Shown piece after piece: positions 1 through 12,629 of a DNA stretch of 64,000 nt; the first letter of the stretch is position 1, and each line of letters begins with the position of its first letter. The notes beneath the pieces were generated by a model. That model had not been told where the DNA came from. It ran no database searches and saw nothing but the letters and a program-made list of their open reading frames with translations. Both the position numbers and the translations under genes were made by a program. The stretch comes from Lama glama (lineage: Eukaryota): NCBI GenBank assembly GCA_028534125.1, contig CM052817.1:30382001-30446000 (forward strand), given 5' to 3'.

Positions 1-2998
1 TCTGGAGACTAAAAGTTAAATTATTTTTGACAATGCAAAAAGAAAATGTCTTTGCAATATTTGGAAAGGAATGCATCTGCTGGAAGGCTTAAGACAGTCT
101 GTAAAATTTATACAAAACCTTATCAAAAAATAATTGGAAGCCACTCATGGTATACCATAAAAATTCAAATTTTCCATCCTTTTAAATTCTGACACTGCTA
201 GCTTTCTTCATCAGTAACATGGAAACTGAAACACGATAGTTTTTTTCCCAATGTTTGACAAAACAGAATAGTGTTATATTATTGCAAGTTCTTTTTTCTA
301 TTCTTTGAAAATAATATAGATTTCTATTAAATAACTAAGACCTTATTTATTCTTTTATTCACTTTGTAATTTCAAGAATTGTCCAAAACTAACTTACATC
401 AATCCCTACCTCGCTGTAAATGAACATGATTTTAATTTGTAGAGGTCATCATATGTCATTGGGTCACAATTTCAAATATATAAGCAATTAAGTCATAGCT
501 CTATATCCTATGGGCCAACTAGACTAGGAACAAAATTAAAAACATGTAGATGAGTCTACATATCTTGATTAGGAAACAAGAATCTGCTGATTAATCAAAT
601 GCATATATACATTCTTTTGTCAACCAAAAAATCTGATGTATTATTGCAAACTATGGGTCCCTTGAGCGCACTTAGATTGTATTGAAAATCTAGTTTATGA
701 TTTTCTTTATTCAAATTATTGAAGACATATCAAAATATGTAATATGCAGTTCAGCATTAGGAGCAATTATCTAAAACAAAATCCAGAAAGAGGAGGAGAA
801 AACTCTTTACTTTGATGATAAAGTAGGAAGAATAATTGGTATGCTTTTAATCCTTTGCTTCTCTGAACTAAATTATTTAATTTCTCTTATTTGGGAGAAT
901 AGATAGAAATATTTGGTAGAACAATTTCCCAGTATAGCAGTATCCTTAGATTTGATTTCGGAGCATATTTAGGTATTTTCTCTTTTCTTTTTCTTATTTC
1001 TTTTCTTAACAGAGCAGGAAGTTGTGCTTTTCCCTACAGACAGCTCATGGACAACAGCCTGGTTTGTGGCTCGCTTTAGTCCTTACCCATCTGAATTTAA
1101 AATGTTATCACAAGATTCCTCCTAAATTACCAAAACTTAGGCTATTTTCTCTCTGAATTTCTGCTTGTCACTTACTCTGTACTTCGATGCTGCCATACCA
1201 ATTCAAAATTTCTCTTCTCTCCCTATACCTGATATAAAAGATTCATTTATCAGCCAAATTGGTAACATCTGTCAGCAAAATTGGTACTGTCATTCATCTT
1301 AATTTTTAAGATAAATGAATCATTTAGGTTTGGTCTATTATTTTAATTTTGAAAGGAAATAACCTATTTGCTCTTCACTACTTAAGAAATTTTTAATATT
1401 CACACAAGAAGTTTCATGTAAAAAAGGAATTATTTTGTTGTATTTATGCCAATATGAAAATAAGAAAATGTTTACCAGAAGTAATAGTTTGAAAGAAAGA
1501 CCAATCTCTAGATGTGTTTACATATGAATTAAGAGTTTTGTAATTGGAGTCCTCAGATCATGACATAATTGGGAAGTATTCCATAGAAATCAGTATTTCT
1601 ATTTTAAACCAATTTAGTTACATGAACCATTGGCAAAATAATTACACTTGTATTACACATGTGGCAAGATACGTAGTTTCTTAAAATTTAAATAAAATAG
1701 TAGTGGCTCAAAACAGTTTGATTTTATTTTGTTGTATTTCCAGTAAAAACTTAAGTAGGAACAAAGAAAAAAATTAAAATAGCAAACCAAATAAACATAT
1801 TCAGAGGTTCCAAATTCTTAAAAACCCTGTCATTGACAGAAAAGACTTCTTAAAACAAATTTTAATCCTTTATGACTAAATTTAAACCCACCTTTTCCTA
1901 TTTTTCTACTGAATTGACTTAGTAGTGTGGTTATTTTTGTGCTTTTTTTCCCCCACAGATGATGGTATATGATTACGTTCTAATCCATGCACTGGGTCAC
2001 ATTTAGCCTTTTCTCTCTCTTTAAATCATGCCACAGTCATTTATTTCTATGTCAGCATTTGGCCCTTGGGAAGATTTATGAAAATGCAAGATATGGGGAA
2101 TTATCCTCTTACCCATCTGTTGAAGATTTTATTATATATTTAGTGCAAGGCAAGGACCATGTGACTGTCCTAAGGGCCACAGTTAACTGCTGGTAACTGT
2201 TGCTGATATGATGCAGATCACCATTTCCTCTTTTTAATGACAACGTTTTGGGAAAAGTAATTTACACAGGCTACCTTTACTCTGTTACCAGTGCAATTCT
2301 AAACCCTTCAGGTCTACTATCAATCTTCACTACTGTGCTAAAAATTGCTCTCACATCATCTAGTTAATAAAAATATAATATGTGTTTTCAGTCCCATTCT
2401 CCTGGATTCCTCTAAGTAATTGAATCTTCCCTAACCACATTTTTGAAACGATCTCTACCTTTAGCACTATTTTGTTTTATTTTCCCAATTGCCCGGTAGC
2501 TTTTTTATTGTTGTTGTATGTATATTTCTACACCATAAAAATTGACCTGATCTAAAGTGAAGTTTTCTCTTTTCAATATATTCTTCACATAGATTAATCC
2601 AGCCTATTTTACAGCTTGAATTGCTATTTTAATGCAGATGATACAAATCTTTTCCTAAGTAAGGAAATCTGACCACAAGACCAGTCACTCCATTTGATGA
2701 CAATATATTTACCCCATCTTAATTTTTATTTTTTTATGTTAAGTATATCTCAGTTCATTCCCTTGACATGCTATCCCTCCTCTCTTCCTCCACTCAATTG
2801 AAACAGATCCAAGATTTGTCCAAAATGTCTTCTTGTTAATGAAAAACTATTCCTGATTCCCCAGCATGGATATGATGATGATTTCTTCTGGATGTCTTCT
2901 GTTTTGTTTATTGCACGTGTCTTGTTCTACCTGTTTTTGCTATTATCTACTTGCTTAGTTAGTCCTGTCTGTTAAATCATCATCTTTTTCATGGTAGG

Positions 2999-3343
2999 TG
3001 TCTTGGTCTATTCAGGCTGCTATAACAAAACACCATAGACTGGATGGCTTATAGACAATGGAAATTTATTTCTCACAGTTCTGGAGGCTAGGAAGTACAC
3101 ATTCTGGTGAAGGCCCTTCTCCTTTTTCATAGCTGGCTCTTTTTCCCTGTGTCCTCACGTGGTGGAAGGGGCGAGGAAGCTCTCTGAGGTCTCTCTTATA
3201 AGGGTACCAATCCCAGCCATGAGGGCTCCACCCTCAATGACCTAATTACCTCCTCCAAACTCCACCTTACAATATCATCATCTTTGAGGATTAGGATTTT
3301 AACATATAAATGTTGAGGGGACACAGACATTCAGTCTATAGTA
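2999..3343 (-). mobile_element. MaLR solo LTR, MLT1A-like
   Basis: tgtcttggtctattcaggctgctataacaaaacaccatagactgg...ttctcacagttctggaggct...cattcagtctatagta. Flanked by gtagg/gtaga, a 5-bp TSD with 1 mismatch. Confidence 0.9.
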
Positions 3344-3729
3344 GTAGAAATGGTATTTTAATGTCCTTGTGGTCCCTGCAATGTCTAGGAGGTAGTGCTT
3401 TCAACATATTGAATGAATGAACTGAATTTAGTATTTCAACCTTCTCACAATTTTCATTTGAATATTTCAGAAAAGTCAGCCTCATGAAACAATTTATAAT
3501 ATGGTTGTGGAGGAAGAAAGGAGTTGGACACCAGATATGATCTAGTAACTGCTTTCTCTAGTCATTGGAGAGTTCAGTCTGCAGTACATTCAGATCAAGG
3601 AAAAAAATCACGATGGTACTAGAAAGGAGTCTGGACATCCCATACTGAATGTGGCAACAACTGACCCCTACCATATGATAAAATCCTTGGGACCAATTCT
3701 TTCCTACATAAAGCATATTTACCAATATT

Positions 3730-3858
3730 AGTTGATTATATGCCCTGGTTTACCCAGGGATAATCCAGATTTTCACTATTGTCTTCAAATAGTTATCGTC
3801 ACCCTCTTCTTTTGCTTTCAAAAGTGTACCAGTTTGAATGAAGGATTATATGATCCTA
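3730..3858. mobile_element. Short hAT-type DNA transposon remnant, MER94-like
   Basis: tatgccctggtttacccagggataatccag...ctttcaaaagtgtaccagtttgaatgaaggattatatgatcct resembles the MER94 consensus as I recall it. Confidence 0.55.
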
Positions 3859-4233
3859 TTAACTAAAATACAAAAGGCTGGTAGTTTATCTAATCTACAT
3901 CTCTATGGTTGCCAATCTGTGACCATAAAAATTCACACACTTGTCACATTTCTAGGAAAGTGATTTATGCCGAGTTTAACATGGTTGGCATACTAACTAA
4001 TTATAAATTAATGGAAGGCAAGAATCATTGTGTTCCTTCCCTCCCTGTGCCTAAAAGGGCCTTGCACATTATTGGCCCTTGCTTGGGGTTTATTAAATTG
4101 GACACATGTCCTAAGGGCTGATATTAAAGGTTCCCTTTAAGAGAGTCCCTGATATCAGGGCTTTTCCACTGTCAGACATCTAATACTTTCTCAGGTGATT
4201 TTGCTTTCTAGTAAATTGGAGACAGCTTTGTAA

Positions 4234-4236
<3 letters not shown>

Positions 4237-4266
<30 letters not shown>
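4237..4266 (+). repeat. (ATC)10 microsatellite
   Basis: Perfect trinucleotide run read directly from the sequence. Confidence 0.97.
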
Positions 4267-5817
4267 TGGACGCTTAACTGAAAGATTTGCCATTGACTCA
4301 TTACAGTAACTAGTCATTTTTGGGAAAAAAAGTGTTGAAAGTACTGATGCTTTTTCCAAGAGTCACATTTAACACCTTTCAAACTAACCCTTTCCCAGTA
4401 AGAGTTCATTTGAAATACAATAGTCAGAACATACACAGATACATACCAGAAACTTTTGTTATTTAATTATTTGGATACTGAAGATTCAACTCACAGATTT
4501 GAAACTGCTAAGCAAAAATGAGATCAATGCATAGAATAGGATTCACTGACTCAACTATCTTTCTCCTCCCTTTGAATAATGTTTTATATATCAAAAATTG
4601 AAAATAGAAAGAGTTGTATTTGCGTCACTTTCAACTCTTTATCATCCACCTGTTTCTTCGCAAGAGGAAGAGAAAAGGCAGCAGCTCTTTCCCTTATATC
4701 CACTCACTGTCATTTTTAAGATCTCATTAAATTAAAAAAAAAAAAAGAAAAAATTGCCTGCATTGAATGTGCAAAATTAAAGTTAACTCTGCCACCAAGT
4801 CCATTAACTTCTCCAAGAGGACTCTGATGCTAACTTTGATACTGCCCATTAGGCTTACAGGCTATGAAGAAGATAAATGAAGATGAGGACAAGAAATGGT
4901 AGAAGCAAAAGAGAAAATTTGGCATCTGCCTTCTAACCTGCAGCACTGGGATTTCCTAGAAAAGAAACACACTATTAGTCATTTCAAATAATCTACATGA
5001 CACCAATCCCCAGCTAAAGGATGAGCAGCGTCAGATGAAGAGAAGAGGTGTATGTAGAGCATACCATCAAACATCAGGGAGAAGGCTGGGCAGAAGTGCT
5101 CACTTAAAAATGTGGTCCAGAACATACAGCCAGTGTTGCAATAGCCAATTTCAAAATGAAGTCCAGTTGCCCTAAGACCATCAGAATTAGAATTTCACTA
5201 TACAGTAAAAACTGATTATTATTCTTGAAGAATTAAAGATATTCTAAGATAGCAAATTATCATGGGGCCCTCCTCTTTGTTCCTATGCATATTTCATGAT
5301 CCTGCCCTAATTGGTAAACTACTTGGTTGGGGCAAATTGGGTAAAAAAAGTTAAGAAAGATAGATAAAATAGACTACAAATTAGAGCAGAGTAGTCTATA
5401 TGTATTCTGTCCAATATAATCTCAACCTTACTAAGTAACTCTGTTAGTGATTTGGAGACCGACAGTACATTGGGGAAAATGGCACAATTTAGCTGAACAG
5501 GGAAAGGAAAATTTTCTTTGACATTTTCTAAGGGTTATCTCCCATTATATTAAGAAAATGTGGCAGCATTTTATTGGAACCAGTGAAAGAGATAAATTTT
5601 TGTGCGAAACCCCAATCTCTGGTCCAGGAAAGGTCTTAATTATTTAGCCTTCAAGAAAATGAAAGTGACAGGTTGCAATTGTCAGTAGATACTGACTGCC
5701 TTTATGTTCCCCTCCTCTTCCTATTCCCAGTAGGATAGAGAACTGATTAAACTCTGACTCCAGAATGTGAAACCAAGAAGTTTCATAACCATGTGAGTGC
5801 CTTTAGCATGCCCGAGT

Positions 5818-5831
5818 GTTGCCATGGAGAT
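5818..5831. promoter_or_regulatory. Candidate RFX X-box
   Basis: GTTGCCATGGAGAT versus X-box consensus GTTGCCATGGCAAC, in apparently non-repeat sequence. Motif match only. Confidence 0.35.
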
Positions 5832-6433
5832 CAGAATTTCTTGACCTTAACATTATAATCTGCATTAGCTTCTCTAAAAGTGGTTAAATAGATGTAGTGT
5901 CAGAAAGCTGATAATTCCAGTTGTGTGTCTTAAATCTCATCCCTCACCCTGATTTTTCAATCTTCTTAAATTTAGCTTGCTGTTTCTATTTATTGCTACA
6001 GTATACGTCAGAGTTAGGTGTATACACATGTCAATCTCATTAAATTGTCTATGTTAATAGGTCAGTAAATGATCTTTTTATGGGTATCACCATTCAGTTC
6101 AGGGGGTCTAAACCAGAAATCCCTGGCATCAAGATATCTGTAGTTTAACTACAAAATTAGCAATAGGTAGGTCGGGAAAAATTTATGAGACTCTCTTAAA
6201 CTAAGACTTATTCATGCTTGAGGGCATTTCTTTCTTTCTTCCTTTTTTTCTTCTCAAGCTCAACTCAACAACCAAGTCATACTGTACTTCCTGTGTATTT
6301 ATGGGGATTTCAGTGGGAGAGCTTTATCATCCCAGTGCCTCTGAGATTAATTTTGACAAGTGCTTCCAAGCATACCTTCCCAAGGTCATTGAGTCAGTCA
6401 GGAGAACAGATAAGGAATATACAAGAGTAGTGT

Positions 6434-6599
6434 GTATAGCACAGGGAAACATATTCAGTATCTTGTAGTATCTTACAGTGAAAAAGAATATGAAAACGAA
6501 TGTGTGTATATCCATGTATGACTGAAGCATTGTGCTGTACGCCAGAAATTGACACAACATTGTAAACTGACTATATATCAATAAAAAAAAATTTTTTTA
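6434..6599 (+). mobile_element. 5'-truncated young L1 3' end with TSD
   Basis: L1 3' UTR (gtatagcacagggaaacatattc...gaaattgacacaacattgtaaactgactata...aataaaaaaaa). TSD aagagtagtgt (6423-6433) / aagaatagtgt (6600-6610). Confidence 0.9.
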
Positions 6600-7647
6600 A
6601 AGAATAGTGTACTTGACCCTGGGGTAAGCCATCACAGCACATTTGGCTGTGAAATTACTCATTAAAAATCCTTACCTTCCTAATCAACATCACGACTCCT
6701 TTTCTTTATAGCTCTTGTGCATGTGCTAAATTCTCCCTGTATTCAGATAAGAAGATTTCAACATAATATGGTTCTTTTGAAGATGCTTGGGCTGAGCAGG
6801 GCTATAATTTTATTACACAAGTATGGAATGCTTTGGTTTTCAAAAGAAAAGTCATATTTCAAATTGGCTGATGATGACTGTCCATCAGTCTATTTCTGTA
6901 TCCAGCTCTCTGTTCTCCTGGTATAACTGTGTCAGATTATTTCTCTTCACATGATTACCCTTCATATTTATTTCCTGCCTAGATTTGTAAGTTCTGAGTC
7001 CTTACTGTTTATTTTTTCCTTTAATGAAAAAAAAAAAGTCAGAAAGTAAAAGACACTTCTCTATTTCTTGCTTTTTTTCTATACCTGCCAATTTCTGAAT
7101 GGAAACACAGGAAGCCACACTTCAAATACAAGCCCAACTATAGAGCATAAACATTCCAGGCCATACTATTTTTAGATTTAGTCCATTTGGTTCATAGTTG
7201 GCATTACACATCTTTAAAAAAATTTACTGAAATTTGGATGCAAGTGATGCTTAAAGCTTCAATGATTACTTTGATTGTTCTGACATATATTGGTATGTTA
7301 GAATCTTCAGTGTTGATCACTTGATGACAAAGACTAGGGGAGTTATGGGAAGAGGAATAGTAATTAAAATGGATCTTACTGAAATCTTTAATTCTTGTCT
7401 CTCATTCCAGTTGAAGCTTCTGGAAGACCTAGAGGTTCCAGGGCACAGCCAGCAAAGATTTTCAGAAGCCTAGATACTGACTTTAGCAAAATTAGCAGAA
7501 ATTTCCCCTGAAAGATGGAAATATTTTCTAATCTGCCCCTTACGCAGGAATATTGTTTTAGGTTAAGATTGAAAAGTATTCTGATTGCTGATTGCCTGGA
7601 GCTGTGTGTTGCAAACGATTCTGAGACATCATAAAGGAGAGGGTCCC

Positions 7648-7836
7648 CCTGATTCTCAAAGTGTGGTCCCTGATCAGCATGATCAGCTTCAGTTGGGCAC
7701 TTGTTAAAAATGCACATTCGCTGGTGTACCTTTCAACTGCTGAATCACAAACTGTGAGACTGGGACCTGGCAATCTGTGTTTTAACATGATCTCCAGGGG
7801 AGTCTCATGCATGCTAAACTGCAAGAACCACTGCTC
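7648..7836. mobile_element. MER5A-like hAT-Charlie MITE
   Basis: ttctcaaagtgtggtccctga...cttgttaaaaatgca...tgttttaaca...aagaaccactg. Confidence 0.85.
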
Positions 7837-8659
7837 TAAACCACTAACTACATAGGCTATGTGTGTGTGCTGATGAACCAAAAGCCATTTACCTTTCTGA
7901 ACTGGAAGAAATAAAAATAGTGTCATGGTAAAGAATCTCTAAGCCATTGAAGTTTTAAAAATTGTGAAATGTTTCCCTACCATGAAATTCATGTTGTGAT
8001 ATTCAGTGAATTTAAAATGAAATAAAAGCTAAAGTAATCACTGGTGAACAACTGTGGTAAGAGCATTTACTCTTGTCCACACTGAATCTCTTCTTCCTTA
8101 GAACCAGCCCTCCCTACTCCATGAATCTACTGAAGTTGTCATTTGGGGCCCAACTATCATAAAAATTGGAACCAGGAACAGAGCATCCAAAGAGAGAGAC
8201 AGTGAAATTTGGCAAGTTGTATTGGTCCAGAGCCCCATTTTCCTGGCTGAAATTTGGTCTTTCTTAAGTAGTAGCAAACACTCTGCCTAATGTTTTATCT
8301 GTTATGTAAGATTCAAACTCTGTGTCTATGAATGTTAGGATTTCAGGGGACTTGGAAAAAAATAGGTGAGTATTAGAGTGTGCTGTTAACTTCTTGTGGG
8401 CATCCAGAAGATTTTAGGAGGAGACTAGATTATTTTATCTAAGGTGGGAAATTTTAAAAGAGAAAGTAGCCTGTGGCTTTGTTATGCGGGATAATCGTCT
8501 CCCTATAGTTAACCATGGTTCACGGTGGAAATTTCAATACTTACGCATTTTGAGGGAATACTGGTGAAATCTCCATTTCCAGTAAAGGTTAGTGTAAGCA
8601 AAGCTCATTAAGTGGAAATGTGTAGTGGACAATAGTGGAAACCAAGGTCTTTGCTTAAA

Positions 8660-9030
8660 AGGCTCATTCCCTAGATGTATGCTCCACTTCCTCCTCTCCT
8701 CACTCCAGCAAATGCCAGCCTCCCAATCCGGCCCACAGAGACTGTCCCATTGATCACTCCCATCCACCCTGTAACCCCCATCGCTCCTGATCCCATTTAG
8801 CCTGCTCTGTAATTTTCCTCATCACTTATCCCCTTCCAACCACTTTAAAAGTTACTTGTTTATTGTGTTTACTAGTTTTTGTCCATGTTGTCTATGTTTC
8901 CCACATAGAATATAAGCTCTCTAGTGGCAGGGATTTTGATCTGTTTTGGGATACATGTATCCCCCATGCCTAGACAAGCACATGGCACACAGTTGGTTCT
9001 CACTAAGTGGTTGCTGAATGAATAAACCTG
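8660..9030 (+). mobile_element. L2 3' fragment
   Basis: ctccagc..cctcc, tagaatataagctc...ggcaggga, cctagac...tggcacacagttgg...ttgctgaatgaata L2 tail. Confidence 0.75.
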
Positions 9031-9111
9031 TGTCAGTTTATTACATGACCACCAAATTGCTTTGCAATAGCTTTGTAACTCTAAGTCCATAAAAAATACA
9101 TCCTTTAAAAA

Positions 9112-9350
9112 AATGGGAGGGAGGGAGGGATTAGGAGTTTGGGATTAACAGATACACATTACTATATATAAAACAGATAAACAACAAGGACCTACTATAG
9201 AGCTCAGGGAACTACATTCTATTTCCTGTAATGAGCTGTAATGAAAAAGAATCTGAAAAATATTTATATATGTATATGTATCCCTGAATTGCTTTGCTGT
9301 ACACCTGAAAGTAACATTGTAAATTGACTACACTTCAATAAAAAAGTAAG
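9112..9350 (+). mobile_element. L1 3' UTR fragment (cetartiodactyl type)
   Basis: ggagtttgggattaacagatacac...ataaacaacaaggacctact...acattgtaaattgactacacttcaataaaaa. Confidence 0.85.
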
Positions 9351-9451
9351 AATTTAAAATATATTTCACTTATATACATTGTATATATACAGTGTCTGAT
9401 ACAGGAATATGATCTATAGGAGATTTAGAAAAATATTACTAAGAAAGTTAG

Positions 9452-9850
9452 TGTCATGGGCTGAATTGTCCACCCCCAGTTCATATGTTACCCTAACTCC
9501 CAGTACTTCAGCTTGTGACTGTATTTGGAGACAGGCTCTTTAAAGAGGTAATTAAGTTAAAATGCAGTCATTTGGGTGGACGCTAATCCAATCTTACCCA
9601 TGTCCCTAGAAGAAGAAGAAATGAGGGCACAGACACACACAGAGGGAAGACAATATCAGACACAGGAAAAAGATGGCCATGGATAAGCCAAGGAGAGAGA
9701 CTTAGAGCAGATTCCTCCCTCGTGGCCCTCAGAAAAATTCACCCTCCCAACACCTTGTCTAGACTTCATATTTCTGCGAAAACAAGTTTCTTGTGTTTAA
9801 GTCACCCAGTCAGCAGTGCTATAACACAGCAGCCCTTGCAAACTAATACA
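9452..9850 (+). mobile_element. MaLR solo LTR, MLT1B/C-like
   Basis: tgtcatgggctgaattgtc...gtatttggagacagg...ctaatccaat...gcaaactaataca, with TG...CA termini. Confidence 0.88.
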
Positions 9851-10188
9851 GCAAGTTCACATATAGCATTAGAATTAGAGAAAGTTGATAAACCTGCCCA
9901 GCATAGTACATATTTTATATTATTGCACAACAACGTTGGGCAAGATATTGATTGGCGTATAGCACTGCTATTGAGAGGCCTCCTGTGTGTGGATTTTTGT
10001 CTCTAAGATCTGTGCCCAGGTTCTGCTGCTCTCAAGCCCATACCTTTCTAATAGGATCCTAAATCACCCAGAAGAGGACAATTTCAGCGGGAGCCCAGTG
10101 GTCACAAGCTGAATTATGAACTGGCTTTGAACTTCCCCATATTCATTCAAACTCTGCCTGCACCTACAGAGAGTAGTTATGGGTCAAC

Positions 10189-10544
10189 CAGGACAGTGCT
10201 AATTGTAGTGGCATTTGTTAATCATAATAAGAGCAATCCGTAAGGATAATGGTCTAATAATTACAACAAGCAGACATAAAACATATTAACGGTATTGGCC
10301 TGATGATTAACCTACTTTTATGGATCAATTATCAAGGAGAGTAGAAGAGAGGGAATGGGTAGGCTGTGTATATTGAGAGTGTCTGAAGATTGGTTTACAT
10401 GTGCCTCCATTTATATGGGATGAAACAGGCTGAAAATTCAGTGGATTGGTTAACCATTAACCAATTGTCTTTGTTTTAATAAAACCGAAAGGCAGCCTGC
10501 TGATTTGAAAAGATTTTCTCAGTCATTAGGTATTAGCAACCCTA
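10189..10544 (-). mobile_element. Probable MER121-type ancient DNA-transposon-derived conserved element
   Basis: Minus strand begins tagggttgctaatacc and both ends share tgctaat (degenerate TIR). Internal attggttaa-cca-ttaaccaat inverted repeat and ttttattaaaac...ccactgaattttcag match my recollection of MER121. Confidence 0.6.
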
Positions 10545-10998
10545 TAGAGGAACCATCTCTGCTACAGCAAAGACCTTTGGCAGTGGGAAGGATTCTTCAC
10601 TTCAACCACGCCAAACCAGCGCCTCTGTAAGCTAAACATCTTCATCTCAAGCTTACTATGCCTCAACCTTCCCTGACAACAACTGATCAAAAAAAAAAAA
10701 CAAAAAAAAAACAAAAACAAAAGAAAAGATCTGGTTAAGATTCCTAGACTTCAATGAGAGGATTCTAAGAAGAAAGTTACTTGGAGATACTTCATCCCTA
10801 TTCATACTGAAGTTAAAATGCCTCTTTACTTAGCAAAGCACAGAGAAGACCACTCCACACAGATATTTTGTAACTTTAAACTATCAGTAGAGTAAGGTGG
10901 GTGCTTGTGTGTGCACACATGTGAGTATAACTGAATATTATTCTCTTGAAAATCAGATTTATCTGTTCAGTAGTATATATGAATGAAAGCGTTCCTTT

Positions 10999-11451
10999 TG
11001 TGAACAAAAATACTGCAAACCGTATCAGTAAACAAAGAATGTTGAAGCCATCCAGTCATCAGCGGCTGCCACCACCCCCCAGTGAAGACAAGCCTGCAGC
11101 CCAGCCTCTGCAGCCACTCACAATGATGTCCTCTGAGGGGACTTAGAATAAGAAAGGTCAGGATACTGGCCCTAGATAGCTAGGTGCTTGTCAAAGGAAG
11201 GAATTCAATGAGTGCAAATGTTTGCTCCCTCCCAAACACAGAAGAGCACTAAATTCTTTAACTTGAGATTCCTGGTTTTCTTTAGTTAACCAAGAATCTT
11301 TTATTGTTCCAACTACTTGGTCTTTGTTGTAAAGCTCCTGTATATCCTAGCCCCTCCCCTACCTCTTTGGAGCAGTCCCTACGGCTTGAATCCTCCCACC
11401 GAATAAAACAAAACTCTCAACTTTTAGGCTGTGCATTTATTTCAGTCGACA
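10999..11451 (+). mobile_element. ERV1-class solo LTR (family A)
   Basis: TG...CA termini, AATAAA at 11402, perfect 4-bp TSD CTTT (10995-10998 / 11452-11455). Homologous to 61812-62337. Confidence 0.92.
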
Positions 11452-12629
11452 CTTTCTAAGTTCTCTTCATTGTAAAACAATTTCTCTTTTATTTCACACA
11501 ATCACTTACTTTGTCTCTTTGGTTGTCCATTTGCCTTAACCCTCCATGATTTCTTTCTCTGGCTGTGGCTTTTTGTTCATTCTGCACACAATTCGTTCAT
11601 AGCCTGATGCACTCCTGGTAAATATACCTCCTCAGCTAAGCATCAATTCACCCCCATTGTTACTGGTAGTTATTAGCCCTGCAGGAAATCTTGTTAGATA
11701 AAAAAACTCTCATTTTTCCATCTACCTCCAAGGTCTTTAAAAAAATTACCTTTCATAATAGACCCCAATATATAATCTTTCCATTATTATTTATATTAGA
11801 TAGATAGAAAGGTTGTTTGGCATTAGATAGGTAGGTAGACAGATGGATAATATCACATGTAACAAACATATAATATGAATCAGAAAATATATTTCATCTT
11901 TGTGTAATATGTGTGTTGAACATTTGTATAATTTTTGTATTGAGAATTTATCAAGAACTAGAAGAATAACTCAAGAAAGAGATTCAGAGACAACCTGAAC
12001 TCAGCAGACTCTAGTCCCCAGATGTTTGCCTTAGTCTAGCAAAGACAGAGGCAAACGCTCATGACTTCCAAGGGCTCATTAGTGTTCCTGCTGGCAATGC
12101 ACCTTTAAGAATCCTAGTCAGAGTTCATCATTGACCCGTTGTGATGCTGGTCCGCCCAGACCAACTGCAATTGCTATTGCTCTATGCATTACCAACATGA
12201 GTGCTGCCGCCTCACGTGCCAAAAGGAAGACATTTTAAAAGCAAGGGAGGAGTGATGTCCGGTTACGAATTTAAAATAAACAATTCATAATCTTTTACTT
12301 GATAGTGTGAAAGCTACAAATATGGAATAGGAAGGAGAAAAAAAAATCACTATTTTTATTCTTCCCTTCAATAAATCTATACTTTAACGAGGAGAGCAAT
12401 AAATCTATAACTGCCAATGAATCAACAGTTTACAGAAGACTCAAGTAAAGTTAATTTTTTAAACTTTTATCATTGCTAATTACCTATAAATTACCTAAAA
12501 TCCTATAGGATTTTCTTTCCTTTATCCCTTATTATATTTGTAATATTTTCTACATATTTTCCAAGTCTAAACTCATGATATTAGTTTCATGTATTGTTCT
12601 GTGCCTGTAACAAGAATATAGTGTTATAA

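Noticed and set aside
980..2000. Good-looking splice acceptors (ttcttaacag at ~1011, cccccacag at ~1958); also donors at ~35126 (+) and ~27736 (-)
   Set aside because: No consistent exon with a paired donor or acceptor and a recognisable reading frame. A lncRNA or micro-exon cannot be excluded without RNA-seq.
10689..10728. A-rich tract as the tail of a processed pseudogene
   Set aside because: No upstream polyA signal, recognisable transcript body or convincing TSD.
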